This document shows, one piece after another, positions 46,889-56,556 of a DNA stretch of 64,000 nucleotides. The stretch lies in IMG/VR virus record IMGVR_UViG_3300006752_000023. The stretch is one strand, 5' to 3'. The notes below the pieces were generated by a model. The model searched no databases and was not told the origin of the DNA. It saw only the letters and a program-made list of their open reading frames with translations. Numbering within the stretch: the stretch's first letter is position 1; each line of letters begins with the position of its first letter. The DNA comes from an uncultured virus (IMG/VR IMGVR_UViG_3300006752_000023) (Duplodnaviria; Heunggongvirae; Uroviricota; Caudoviricetes). Both the position numbers and the translations under genes were made by a program.

Positions 46889-47400
46889 CACACCCACTCA
46901 GGTTTACGATCTGGAATACGAAGGTAATTATCACATACCCAAGGCTTAGAAGCAATATACATCTTATAAGCAGTTATAGTATCGATACTGTCATCAAATT
47001 TATACTCCTCAGGCATTGCACGAACGAAAGGAGTATGGTCATCATAACTCACTGTTGGGATAATTGCATCAGCAGCGAGAAGAGTCTTGTAGCAGGTATG
47101 ATTTTTTCCATACCGATTATAATACTCGTCACATAATGCTATACCATGAGCGAGCAACCATCTAGTGTTTGCTACAGTCTCGTTTGCCCAGATAGTGCAA
47201 GGGTGATTACGGAACGCTCCCTTGTCCGTAGCATAGGGGTTACCGTCTTTCTTAGGCAATGTACCATAACCATGTCCCCACTTGTCTGAGGCGACTATAG
47301 AGAGCATCTGGCAGGTCTCCAGGGGCATCTTGACGATGTGCTTGTCTGGTAGGACAGCAGCAGATTTCCATGGAGACTCATCAGTGACAAAGATATTCAT
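46888..47400 (-). CDS. Pyrimidine-dimer DNA glycosylase-like protein
   Basis: MNIFVTD..DKHIVKMPLETCQML, NHPCTIWA, EYYNRYGKNH, AMPEEYK. Confidence 0.72.
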   Translation of the reverse strand: MNIFVTDESPWKSAAVLPDKHIVKMPLETCQMLSIVASDKWGHGYGTLPKKDGNPYATDKGAFRNHPCTIWANETVANTRWLLAHGIALCDEYYNRYGKNHTCYKTLLAADAIIPTVSYDDHTPFVRAMPEEYKFDDSIDTITAYKMYIASKPWVCDNYLRIPDRKPEWV

Positions 47401-47540
47401 TCAAATACTGCCGTTACACCCATAATAGTTGCTGAAGGGTTTCTTGCCAATGCAATTTTCCTAGCATCTTGATAATCTGTAGCAATCACAACTTCTTCAA
47501 AGACTGTGCCTGCTTTGTATAGTTGCACTTTGCACTTCAT
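47397..47540 (-). CDS. Small hypothetical protein (47 aa)
   Basis: Manual ORF MKCKVQLYKAGTVFEEVVIATDYQDARKIALARNPSATIMGVTAVFE*. Confidence 0.75.
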   Translation of the reverse strand: MKCKVQLYKAGTVFEEVVIATDYQDARKIALARNPSATIMGVTAVFE

Positions 47541-47543
47541 TTA

Positions 47544-48221
47544 TCAACCTTCATAAGTTGAATCTGGCTCGAGTGCGATGTAGTAATCAAGATTATAATC
47601 ACCACTAGAGTTGGTAAATTTAGAAAGAAGTTTCTTAGAGATTACAACATCATAAGATCCGTCAATCAGTTTCAGGTTCTCAATTTTAAAGTTGAAATCA
47701 AATGTCTTATCAGTCTTACCAACAATCAAAGCATACTCATTGGAGTTACTATTCTTCTTATCACGAACAGTGAGCGTGATATTTGCACCGTCACCAACAG
47801 CAGCAAGATCGGGCAACTGATACACTGATGCGGCTTTCAGTATGTTTGATAGTTGTGATGACTCCAATTGAAATTGAACATCAATACTAGGAAGTTTGAT
47901 TTCTTTTTCTGGAGGAGCGATAATAACATCAGGATCAGCAAAAGCAAACTTAACTTTTGTACTCTTACCTTCACGGAGGATCATGTAGGCATCATGCTTC
48001 AGATCAATGTCTGGATCCCTCATGAGGTCCACACCATTCAAGAATTGAGGAAGATCATAGATGCCAAAGTCTTTCTCAAAGTCCTCACCAACCTCTGCCT
48101 CAGCAAGGATATTCTTCATTACCGAAATGGTACGAAGTTTGGAACCTTTCTTTACCAGAATTGACTGGTTGATAGAAGAAAAGTTTTCCAATAAATTAAT
48201 AGTTTCTTTAGAAAGTTTCAT
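47544..48221 (-). CDS. gp45: Sliding clamp (T4 gp45)
   Basis: MKLS..NFSSINQSI, FGIYDLPQFL, YYIALEPDS. Confidence 0.96.
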   Translation of the reverse strand: MKLSKETINLLENFSSINQSILVKKGSKLRTISVMKNILAEAEVGEDFEKDFGIYDLPQFLNGVDLMRDPDIDLKHDAYMILREGKSTKVKFAFADPDVIIAPPEKEIKLPSIDVQFQLESSQLSNILKAASVYQLPDLAAVGDGANITLTVRDKKNSNSNEYALIVGKTDKTFDFNFKIENLKLIDGSYDVVISKKLLSKFTNSSGDYNLDYYIALEPDSTYEG

Positions 48222-48693
48222 ATCCACGCTCGATAGTCTCCTGGTCTAAGCCATAAAAGTGATAGAGAAGAACAGCATAATGGATGATCTTCTTGATGTC
48301 CATTCTAGCAGATCCCTTCTTGTTGTAACGGGATGCATACTTAAGAATGTTGCCACGACAAAACGCAGCACCGTCTCCACAGGATTCAATCAGATCAAGT
48401 GTCTGAATGCCGTTGGAAGCATTGTAATGAGCACGATATGTGCCGGAAATATATTCTTTTACCTCTTCAAGAATTTTGTCTTCGTTATACTTATAAACAT
48501 TCTTATACGGTTTGGGTTTTTCAACCTCATCGTTTTGCCTAGGCCAAACAAATCCATCCGCAGTCAATTCATAATCATTTGACTTCTGTTCCGTTTTTTC
48601 TGGAGTGTATTCAAACCCACCATTTTGCTTTACCCATTCAAGTTCGTCTTCAGGACCGTACATTTCGTCATATAAAAGAGACCATGAATTCAT
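48208..48693 (-). CDS. DUF3310-like conserved phage protein
   Basis: KYNEDKIL..TYRAHY, FCRGNILKYASRYNKKG..DIKKIIHYA. Confidence 0.75.
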   Translation of the reverse strand: MNSWSLLYDEMYGPEDELEWVKQNGGFEYTPEKTEQKSNDYELTADGFVWPRQNDEVEKPKPYKNVYKYNEDKILEEVKEYISGTYRAHYNASNGIQTLDLIESCGDGAAFCRGNILKYASRYNKKGSARMDIKKIIHYAVLLYHFYGLDQETIERGYETF

Positions 48694-48705
48694 TGTAGCA
48701 CTTCC

Positions 48706-49296
48706 TCAGTTGAATTGCAAGTCAAATATATTAAAACTCATCGAGATTCTAGTCACATCACTTTTGAATGGATAGACGCAATGAGCAAGATCACCAGGAA
48801 ACATGTATAGATCTCCTGTTTTCGGTGTTACCTTAGCATATCCAGGGCTAAAGAATGATTTGGCATGGATAAACTCCAGCATACCAGCAGAAAATGTATT
48901 AGTTTTATCAACCCACTGTTCCCGCTCTTTATCAATCTCCTCAGGAACATCAATAAATGCCACCACACTCAGAGTACCGTCATGAACATGCAGAGGATTA
49001 AACTCATGCTGTTTCATATAATTAATCCAAGGACCAGGACCTAGATGATAACTGAACTCTCCACTGCCCTTTTTAACCTGGGTACAGAATTGTATGATGT
49101 GGTGTTCAACAAAACTGTTGAACGCAGGTTTGTCGTCTACAACTGCCTCATTTTGAATTTGAATATTGCCAGCAAGACCATAACCGACAGATTCACTATC
49201 TACAGATTTACTAGCAATATCCTTGAGCATTGAAAGATGTTCCTCCAATATAGCAGTGTGATATATCGGAGGACCAAAAAAATTAAGAATTGTCAT
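48706..49296 (-). CDS. Putative 2OG-Fe(II) oxygenase (TIGR02466-like)
   Basis: WINYMKQHEFNPLHVH, GDLYMFP..HCVYPF, RISMSFN. Confidence 0.82.
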   Translation of the reverse strand: MTILNFFGPPIYHTAILEEHLSMLKDIASKSVDSESVGYGLAGNIQIQNEAVVDDKPAFNSFVEHHIIQFCTQVKKGSGEFSYHLGPGPWINYMKQHEFNPLHVHDGTLSVVAFIDVPEEIDKEREQWVDKTNTFSAGMLEFIHAKSFFSPGYAKVTPKTGDLYMFPGDLAHCVYPFKSDVTRISMSFNIFDLQFN

Positions 49297-50350
49297 CGGA
49301 GTTGTTAATAGTAAAATCTACATCAGCATCAACTTTATCATAGAGATCAAGGAATGCAATCTTAGTCTCATCATCGAAACGATTCAAACAAACCTCAATG
49401 GCTTTCTGCTTATCATTCCAGATAGAGTAAGCACGAGCAATGTGAACAAGACGGCGGGTAGAAATAATCTCATCAACTCCACCATCATAAAAAGTCTTAC
49501 GAATAATATCTGCCCAGTCTACAAGACGCTTACAGAACTCAATCTCATTACAGTATGACTCAAGAATTTTTTGCTCAAGTTTAGGAGTTGGATATGCCTG
49601 CTCAAAGGTTACAGGGAACCTCTCAAGGAAAGCTTCATTGAGAACATTGGTTCCAATAAACCGACCATCTTCAGAACCCTTACCCTTAGTATTAGCAGTG
49701 GCAATGACATTGAATCCGTCTGTGGGTGTTACATACTTACCAATCTTCTTCAAGAACACACCCTTGCCTTCAAGGATGGATTGGAGACAGAGGATTTTAT
49801 TGCTAGCAAGGTCAACTTCATCGAGTAACAGGATTGCTCCCCTTTCAAGTGCTTCCACGACAGGTCCGTTATGCCAAACAGTTGACCCATCAACAAGACG
49901 GAAGCCACCAATAAGATCGTCTTCATCAGTTTCAATAGTAATGTTTACACGAATCAATTCACGACCAACTTGAGCACATGCTTGTTCAACAGATACGGTT
50001 TTACCATTACCTGACAACCCGGTAATGAAGCAAGGATAAAAAATACTAGACTTAATAATCTTTTTAATATCAGAGAAGTTACCAAAGGGAATATAGTTAG
50101 AATCTCTAGATGGAATCAAATTATTATTGACTGCTGGTACAGCAGAAGGAGAAACATATGTCTCTTCTAGTTTTTCTTGCAATGTTAGTTCCCATTTCCC
50201 ACGAGCAGTCTTGTATTCACCAAGTTTGTTAGCAACGGTTTGATAATTTGCGCCATTCATCTGACACCATGCACGAATATCTGCTGAAAGAATAGACTCC
50301 CCATATAAGGACTGTAGTGAAGAGCGGATAAATTCTGTTGAGAGAGCCAT
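49283..50350 (-). CDS. cobS: MoxR-type AAA+ ATPase (phage 'CobS')
   Basis: GLSGNGKT Walker A, LLLDEVD Walker B, ATANTKGKG, NEAFLERF. Confidence 0.92.
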   Translation of the reverse strand: MALSTEFIRSSLQSLYGESILSADIRAWCQMNGANYQTVANKLGEYKTARGKWELTLQEKLEETYVSPSAVPAVNNNLIPSRDSNYIPFGNFSDIKKIIKSSIFYPCFITGLSGNGKTVSVEQACAQVGRELIRVNITIETDEDDLIGGFRLVDGSTVWHNGPVVEALERGAILLLDEVDLASNKILCLQSILEGKGVFLKKIGKYVTPTDGFNVIATANTKGKGSEDGRFIGTNVLNEAFLERFPVTFEQAYPTPKLEQKILESYCNEIEFCKRLVDWADIIRKTFYDGGVDEIISTRRLVHIARAYSIWNDKQKAIEVCLNRFDDETKIAFLDLYDKVDADVDFTINNSDDNS

Positions 50351-50372
50351 GTCGTTTGTTTGGTATGTACCT

Positions 50373-50420
50373 ATTATAGAGCAGAGTGAGGCAGAGTCAG
50401 GGTAGAGTGTTCACTTTTCA
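50373..50420 (-). promoter_or_regulatory. Phage early-type promoter (AAGTGAACAC-N28-TATAATAGGTACATAC)
   Basis: Shares TATAATAGGTACATAC and the upstream box with 52710-52765. Confidence 0.72.
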
Positions 50421-50548
50421 AACCGACCATACTTAAATTTCATTGCAGCTAGCATCCATGCATCTGTTAGTTTCTTAGGACCCTCTAAAAGGACCTTACG
50501 GACCTTAGGGTCAGTTTCACTTTGAAGTGCGATTTCTTTCCAGTTCAT
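50411..50548 (-). CDS. Small hypothetical protein (45 aa)
   Basis: Manual ORF MNWKEIALQSETDPKVRKVLLEGPKKLTDAWMLAAMKFKYGRFEK*. Confidence 0.7.
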   Translation of the reverse strand: MNWKEIALQSETDPKVRKVLLEGPKKLTDAWMLAAMKFKYGRFEK

Positions 50549-52686
50549 GCCACCATAGAAATAAATTCATTCAAGACCCTCTTGTTCATTTTCTTACTAG
50601 ATAACGACTTCCTGAAAGCATTTTTAATTTGAGATTTTGATGCATCTTCTTTTACTTCAAACAATGTTTCATTAGAAAGTATTGATCCACCAAGAACAAA
50701 GTAAGAATCATATCCACAATTTTTTAATGAGAATGATTTAGTCTTCCTCCAAGATACTCTTGCATCTGCTGCTTCATCATAACTATTAGTATACTGATTA
50801 ATCATGTTAGAGGACCCAGTTCCAGATGCGATAATACGAAATCCAAGAATGTTAATATCAGGATAGGTTTCTTTAAGATCATCCAACATACATTTTGTGA
50901 ATGTATTGTAAATATATGATAGACGCCTAACAGTTCCAGTCTTCAAATTACGGAGAAAGGTGTTATCGCTAATCCTACGATGACGAATAGATTCTTCATG
51001 CTCCCAGTTACGGCGCAATACTACTGTACGGGAAGGGATTGGAGCTTCTCCATCAGTAAGAATAACGCAATTTAATTTTTCAACACCGTATCTTTTCTTG
51101 AAGTCAGGGATAATCTCATGAAGGGTGATAATAGCTTCGTTTAATGGTGTGCCAGAGAGGTACATACGAGGAGGAGTAACACCAGAGTGATCGGTAAACG
51201 AAGATGCAATCTTCCAAATGTTTCTCATCTGAATATCTGCAGTAGAGTTATTTACCTTACTAGTCAAAATGTTGAGCATTGAGAACTCATCATTTATCCA
51301 AATAGTTCCTTCTTTCTTTTCAAGAGAAGAAAATCTACCAGCCTTATAGTTCCACTCTTGAGTAAAAGCATATACATCGTATGGAATACCAACTTTACGG
51401 CAGAACCAAATCAAGCTGTACAACTGTTTAATAGTAGAGAGAAGCACATCTGCCATAGATCCAGACCAATCTAAAACAAAGATAAGTCCATGATTTTTTC
51501 CATCAGGAATTACAGTTACTTTTTTGAAAAGATCATCATTATACTTATATGAATGCAGTTTAGTGCAATCAAGTACACCAGTACGACTAGTAGTTGCACG
51601 AGCATAAGATGATGCAGATTTTTTACACTCAAATTCCTTTACAAGATAGTTAACTTCCTTTGCAGATTCTCTCTTAAATTTATTAAAATCAATATCTTGA
51701 ACTTGCATTCTGGATTCTGCATGATGTTTATACCAAGAATGAACATTTTCTTCCATTGCCTCTTGAGCCCATTCTGACCAACAGTTCTGAATATACTCAT
51801 GGATTTCTTTGGCAGACACAACACTATGCTTGATATTAATTTCAGGTATTGTTACATAATTGAATTCTTCCTCAGTCATCTTGGCAAGACTTTTCAACTT
51901 CTCTTTTAGAGAGTCCGCTGTTTTAGATTCCGTTTCATCAGTAGCAGTTTCTGCACCATCAGAATCTTCATCTTCTCCCTTTTCAGCAACATTATCAGTG
52001 TCTTGCTCACTATCTTGCTCGGTGCTGTCTTCAGATTCCCCTTCCTGAGAAGTAGGAGGTGCTGGTTCTGTTGATTGCTGCTCAGACTCTTGAGTAATTC
52101 CAGATTGTTGATTGTCTTCGGGAATATTAGTAACACTTTCGTCATTCACAAGAGTATTAAGAATCTTAGCAGCCATCAAGGCATCATCAAAAGTCTCAGC
52201 GTTTGTTGTTGCATTAACAACTACCATCTCTTCTTCAGAGAATTTTATATTGATATGGGTGCCAAGTTTAAAATGTAAATTAATTCTATCTGCAAGAGAA
52301 AACTTATCTAAATCTGCATCTTCAATATCAAAGAAGTCACTATCGTTTAGATCACTATATCCACGGTAAAATGTTTTGGATAGACCAGCATACTTACGCT
52401 TCATCAATTTCTCAATGCGAGCATCCTCAGTAATGTTAACAAATGTCTGAGGGACATCACACCACTCTGGTTCCAGAGACCAGTCTCTAGGGTCCGTGAA
52501 CAAGGCATGTCCTACTTCGTGAGCAACTAGGAGGTCATATACATCCATCGACGATATCTGCCAATTGGGGAGGGTTAGGACCCGGCGAACAACATCAAAC
52601 TGAGCCGTCTCAACAGTGCGATGCTCAACGATCAAATTTTCAGTAGCGAGTAGTTTAGCAACTTTACCTTTGATCTCTTGAAGCAT
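50545..52686 (-). CDS. Metallopeptidase-like plus vWA domain protein (CobT-like partner of the MoxR ATPase)
   Basis: AHEVGHAL (HExxH), EDARIE, acidic linker, DWSGSM MIDAS, GTPL, LTDGE. Confidence 0.88.
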   Translation of the reverse strand: MLQEIKGKVAKLLATENLIVEHRTVETAQFDVVRRVLTLPNWQISSMDVYDLLVAHEVGHALFTDPRDWSLEPEWCDVPQTFVNITEDARIEKLMKRKYAGLSKTFYRGYSDLNDSDFFDIEDADLDKFSLADRINLHFKLGTHINIKFSEEEMVVVNATTNAETFDDALMAAKILNTLVNDESVTNIPEDNQQSGITQESEQQSTEPAPPTSQEGESEDSTEQDSEQDTDNVAEKGEDEDSDGAETATDETESKTADSLKEKLKSLAKMTEEEFNYVTIPEINIKHSVVSAKEIHEYIQNCWSEWAQEAMEENVHSWYKHHAESRMQVQDIDFNKFKRESAKEVNYLVKEFECKKSASSYARATTSRTGVLDCTKLHSYKYNDDLFKKVTVIPDGKNHGLIFVLDWSGSMADVLLSTIKQLYSLIWFCRKVGIPYDVYAFTQEWNYKAGRFSSLEKKEGTIWINDEFSMLNILTSKVNNSTADIQMRNIWKIASSFTDHSGVTPPRMYLSGTPLNEAIITLHEIIPDFKKRYGVEKLNCVILTDGEAPIPSRTVVLRRNWEHEESIRHRRISDNTFLRNLKTGTVRRLSYIYNTFTKCMLDDLKETYPDINILGFRIIASGTGSSNMINQYTNSYDEAADARVSWRKTKSFSLKNCGYDSYFVLGGSILSNETLFEVKEDASKSQIKNAFRKSLSSKKMNKRVLNEFISMVA

Positions 52687-52709
52687 GGTTCTGTCTCTCG
52701 TATGTACCT

Positions 52710-52765
52710 ATTATAAAACCCCTGACAGTAGTCAGAGGTCTTTAGTGGACAGTTTGTAATGTGTC
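52710..52765 (-). promoter_or_regulatory. Phage early-type promoter (GACAC..AACTGTCCAC-N29-TATAAT) with internal hairpin
   Basis: Spacer contains the CTGAC-tact-GTCAG inverted repeat; architecture repeated at 15116-15171. Confidence 0.75.
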
Positions 52766-53298
52766 TACCTACCCATCATACAAGCAACACTAACTCTCCA
52801 GAAGGGAGTATCTACTTTGATAGGAAGAGCGTCATGAAGTTCGTTTGATCTGAAGACAACAAAATCTCCAGGTTCAAAGGTATAAGTACGATCCTCTATT
52901 TGCAGTTCACCTCCCCATGAAGGATCCCATTGAGGAGTAAGAAATCCAACAACGCTCCAAATATATTTACCTTTAGCATCACCGTCTGTATGGAAGACAG
53001 AAATATTTCCTTTTCTTTGTGCGTTGAATCCAATCGCACCTAGTCCACCGACTGGTAAAGTAAACCCATACTCTTCTTGTACTCTATCACGAAGGACACT
53101 CATCAAACAAATAAAGTATCCAGATAAGAAAGGACTGTGCATACCATTAGCATCCATAGCCATTGTTCTTGGATAATGCGTAAGTGGATCATCAACACCG
53201 CCATAAGCGCCACCAATTTTCCAAGTCGCTTCTCCCATCAAGTGCCCATATATTTGTTCAACATCGGGTTTAGATAAAAGGTTTTTTACAATATACAT
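52765..53298 (-). CDS. 2OG-Fe(II) oxygenase (prolyl-hydroxylase-like)
   Basis: FHTDG, WDPSWGGEL, PGDFVVF..LHDALP, RVSVA. Confidence 0.85.
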   Translation of the reverse strand: MYIVKNLLSKPDVEQIYGHLMGEATWKIGGAYGGVDDPLTHYPRTMAMDANGMHSPFLSGYFICLMSVLRDRVQEEYGFTLPVGGLGAIGFNAQRKGNISVFHTDGDAKGKYIWSVVGFLTPQWDPSWGGELQIEDRTYTFEPGDFVVFRSNELHDALPIKVDTPFWRVSVACMMGR

Positions 53299-55028
53299 TA
53301 TCCTTCCACCGATGACTTTTCTTCCATATATGAAAATCCAGCTTTCTTAGAAAACTCAATTACATTATTAAACTTATCAAGCATATCGCTCTTATGAGAA
53401 ATCACAAAAGTATTTGCATCTTTAATAACAAATCTAATGATCTTGCTAAACTCATCTGTACCAACAGTATCAAGAGAACTGTCAAACACTTCATCTAAAA
53501 TTAAAAGATTAGTATTAGCAGAGTTTTTAAATCTAGCAACTTCTCTCCAAGCAAAAAGAAGTGCTAGATCAATTCTCATTTTCTCCCCCTCAGAAAATGA
53601 AGAGTAAGTAAACTTGTCGTGGATAGGGCTCTGAATAGTTTCTACAAATTCTTCATCCAGATTAAAATTGATATAGAAATCCATCATCTGGAGATAACGA
53701 TTAACTTGCTTATTAATAAGGGGAAGATACTTTTTGATTATCTTGGACTTTACTCCACCATCTTTAAGAAGAGAGTATGCAAAATCGTTGTACCTGACTT
53801 CCTCGCTTTTTTCAGCAAGCTTTCCGAATACTACTTGTAGAGAATCTTTGAACCCGTCTAACTTCTCATGTTCAGAATTTCTGTTTTGCAACTGACTGGT
53901 AAGAGTTTGAATTTCCGATTGTAAATCTCTGACCTGTCTCTGATATCCAGCAATTCTAACATTGTTTTGAGAAATGTCATGTGTAAGTTCAATAATCTCC
54001 GTTGAGAGTTTTTTAAAGTGACGCTCTTTATCTTCTTCTAATTGTATCGACTCCTCCAGTTTAAGAAAACCTTCTTGGAGTTCCTTTGCTTTATATTGAG
54101 CGTCACTAATTTTATTTAGTCTAAGATCTTCTTGAATAGGTTGTGTGCATGTAGGGCATACCGTATTCTCAGTAAAGAACTTATGCTCCTTCGTAATCGT
54201 TGATACCTTCTGAGAAATCTTACCCTTAAGACTACCAAGTTTACGAAGTTGTTGTGTAGAATTTGCTACATCTTTGAGAGATTCATTGAGCAATTCAATA
54301 TTTTTAGAGATGTCTTCATTCCGAAGATTAAGAATACCAGAGTCAAAAGATAACTTTTCAATTTTAAGGATATCTGCATCTATTCTATTTTTATGACGGT
54401 CTTCTAAATCACCAATAAAGCATGATTGCATTTCAATTTTATCTTTGATATTACTTTTCTTCAAAGTAAGACTCTTAATCATCTCCTTAGACTGCCTAAT
54501 ATCCTCCTTCAAGAAGTTATTCATAGCAGAGAAGATACGAATATCTAAAAGGTCTTCAATAACTTCTCTACGATGTGCCTGAGTCAATTGCATGAAGGGC
54601 ACAAAGTTACTACTACCCAAGATAACAATTTGAGTAAAAGATTTATAGTTTAATTTAAGAATTTGATCTTCTACAATCTTCTGATTAGTTCTATCATCAG
54701 CTTCTTTATTTTTCATCTCACCATCGACTAAGATATCAAACACATTTGGTTTGATACCACGACGGATTAGATATTTTTTAGGTCCAACAGAAAACTCAAC
54801 CTCTACCAAGCAACCTTTATCATTAGAAGTGTTAACAAGTTGAGGTTTATTTATTTTACGATATGGTTTATTGAACAAAGCAAAACACAATGCATCAAGC
54901 ATCGTAGATTTGCCAGCACCATTAGTACCTACGATTAATGTTGTGGAAACTTTATTAAGACATATCTCTGTCCATTGATCACCGGTAGATAGAAAATTTT
55001 TCCATCTAATTTTTTCAAATGTTATCAT
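53298..55028 (-). CDS. gp46: Recombination endonuclease ATPase subunit (T4 gp46)
   Basis: WKNFLSTG, GTNGAGKST, CPTC hook, FSEGEKMRIDLALL, LDEVFDSSLD. Confidence 0.97.
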   Translation of the reverse strand: MITFEKIRWKNFLSTGDQWTEICLNKVSTTLIVGTNGAGKSTMLDALCFALFNKPYRKINKPQLVNTSNDKGCLVEVEFSVGPKKYLIRRGIKPNVFDILVDGEMKNKEADDRTNQKIVEDQILKLNYKSFTQIVILGSSNFVPFMQLTQAHRREVIEDLLDIRIFSAMNNFLKEDIRQSKEMIKSLTLKKSNIKDKIEMQSCFIGDLEDRHKNRIDADILKIEKLSFDSGILNLRNEDISKNIELLNESLKDVANSTQQLRKLGSLKGKISQKVSTITKEHKFFTENTVCPTCTQPIQEDLRLNKISDAQYKAKELQEGFLKLEESIQLEEDKERHFKKLSTEIIELTHDISQNNVRIAGYQRQVRDLQSEIQTLTSQLQNRNSEHEKLDGFKDSLQVVFGKLAEKSEEVRYNDFAYSLLKDGGVKSKIIKKYLPLINKQVNRYLQMMDFYINFNLDEEFVETIQSPIHDKFTYSSFSEGEKMRIDLALLFAWREVARFKNSANTNLLILDEVFDSSLDTVGTDEFSKIIRFVIKDANTFVISHKSDMLDKFNNVIEFSKKAGFSYMEEKSSVEG

Positions 55029-55284
55029 CTTGTGTAGGTGGAATTACGATGTCTTCGGAAGTGATTACTGAATACTTATAATTATACACCTCACACGCCT
55101 TTATTGCAAGGTCTTCTTCAATTTCAATTGTAGACATCTCAACCCCATGATCTTCTTCTAGCTGTAAAGCATATCTAATAGCATCGTCTTCTTCTTCAAA
55201 GATAAAGAGAACTTTATTACCACGCCGATCCTTTACAGCGTAGGCACCTTCTTCTTTTTTATCTTTTTCCGTTAACAAGAACAT
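55015..55284 (-). CDS. Conserved hypothetical protein
   Basis: EGAYAV..FEEEDDAIRYA..DIVIPP. Confidence 0.75.
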   Translation of the reverse strand: MFLLTEKDKKEEGAYAVKDRRGNKVLFIFEEEDDAIRYALQLEEDHGVEMSTIEIEEDLAIKACEVYNYKYSVITSEDIVIPPTQDDNI

Positions 55285-56336
55285 TACTCAACTTCACAAG
55301 CCTTTGAATATAACGAACCAAATAAAGTTTTGATTCTAGATTTATCAATATCAGTTTCAGTTTCTTCAATGTATCTATTCAATATAGACATAGTGTTTTC
55401 TTCTTCACTAATTTCTAAATCTTCTCCATGCAACCAACCTTGATTATAGTCAAAGTTTTCAATAACTTTTAACTCTTCTACACCAACAGTATAAAGTTTA
55501 TCAATAAATTTTTCAAAGTCTTTTGGTTTTGTTTTTTTACGAACTATAACTTTAACAATTTTACCAGCATATTCAGAGGCATTGAACATCTGATGGGGAG
55601 TATCCTCATAATAGATGTTATAAAACATCTTATTTGGATTATCAATATTAGTTAGATCGTATGTCTCAGTATCAAAGAGATGGAAGCCTCTAGGGTCATT
55701 AACATCGTTCCAATACAGTTCATAAGGATTTCCCAAATAAAAGATTTGACCGTCGTTACTGCGTGTATGATAATGTCCACTAAACACCCTATCAAATTTT
55801 CTCAGATACTCTGCTTCGTCTCCACGATCTTGCATGAATCCACGATAAGCAGCAAACCCATTAAGTTCTAAATGACCAACGGCAAGTTTTGCATCACTAT
55901 TATTAATTAACTCTATAGTATCCTTTTCATTCTCAGCATTGATCCAAGAGATAAAAGCAAACTTAGTACCGCCGATTAAATGTTCAGCATAATCAGTGAT
56001 AGGGATGATATTATCGTACTCTCGTAATAGTAAATCAATTGTATTGATTGAGTTATTGTTTTTGTAATACGCTGTGTGATTCCCAACAACAGTATATACA
56101 GTAATCCCCATATCACGGAGACGATCGTAGTAATTTTCTTTAGCCCATTTAAGAGACCAGAAGTCAATGCTCCTACGATTGTCGAAAGTATCCCCCATAT
56201 CGATAAGAGTTGTGATACCTTCAGCAAGAAGAGTAGGAAAAAAAGTTTCATTATAAAATTTTAAAAAATAATCATGAAACAACTTACTACCCTTACGAGC
56301 ACCGAAGTGCTGATCAGTAATAATGCCAATTTTCAT
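55284..56336 (-). CDS. gp47: Recombination endonuclease nuclease subunit (T4 gp47)
   Basis: ITDQHFG, GDTFD, GNH, GHLE, SGHYH. Confidence 0.97.
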   Translation of the reverse strand: MKIGIITDQHFGARKGSKLFHDYFLKFYNETFFPTLLAEGITTLIDMGDTFDNRRSIDFWSLKWAKENYYDRLRDMGITVYTVVGNHTAYYKNNNSINTIDLLLREYDNIIPITDYAEHLIGGTKFAFISWINAENEKDTIELINNSDAKLAVGHLELNGFAAYRGFMQDRGDEAEYLRKFDRVFSGHYHTRSNDGQIFYLGNPYELYWNDVNDPRGFHLFDTETYDLTNIDNPNKMFYNIYYEDTPHQMFNASEYAGKIVKVIVRKKTKPKDFEKFIDKLYTVGVEELKVIENFDYNQGWLHGEDLEISEEENTMSILNRYIEETETDIDKSRIKTLFGSLYSKACEVE

Positions 56337-56551
56337 TTTGAATGATGTGGTTTGTGTTCTCTATCCATAGGTAAGGATGAAATTACTGGAGATTTAGTTT
56401 TGTTCTTAAGGACAATAAATTTATCTGCAGCAAATGTACCAGCTATTTCAACTCTAACTTCATCACCATCTTCCCATACTGGATCACCATTTTTTTTACG
56501 CATGTCCATAGCACATGCTATTTCATCAATTAGATCTTGAGTCAATTTCAT
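56333..56551 (-). CDS. Hypothetical protein
   Basis: 72-aa ORF between gp55 and gp47. Confidence 0.7.
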   Translation of the reverse strand: MKLTQDLIDEIACAMDMRKKNGDPVWEDGDEVRVEIAGTFAADKFIVLKNKTKSPVISSLPMDREHKPHHSK

Positions 56552-56556
56552 TTTAA

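Noticed and set aside
48692..48720. TTGCAA-N17-TACAAT promoter-like match
   Set aside because: The -10 overlaps the annotated ATG, so it could not serve that start; unresolved without TSS data.
49283..52686. cobS/cobT as cobalamin biosynthesis genes
   Set aside because: No cobN or other cob genes. The pair fits the generic MoxR AAA+/vWA chaperone system common in T4-like phages.
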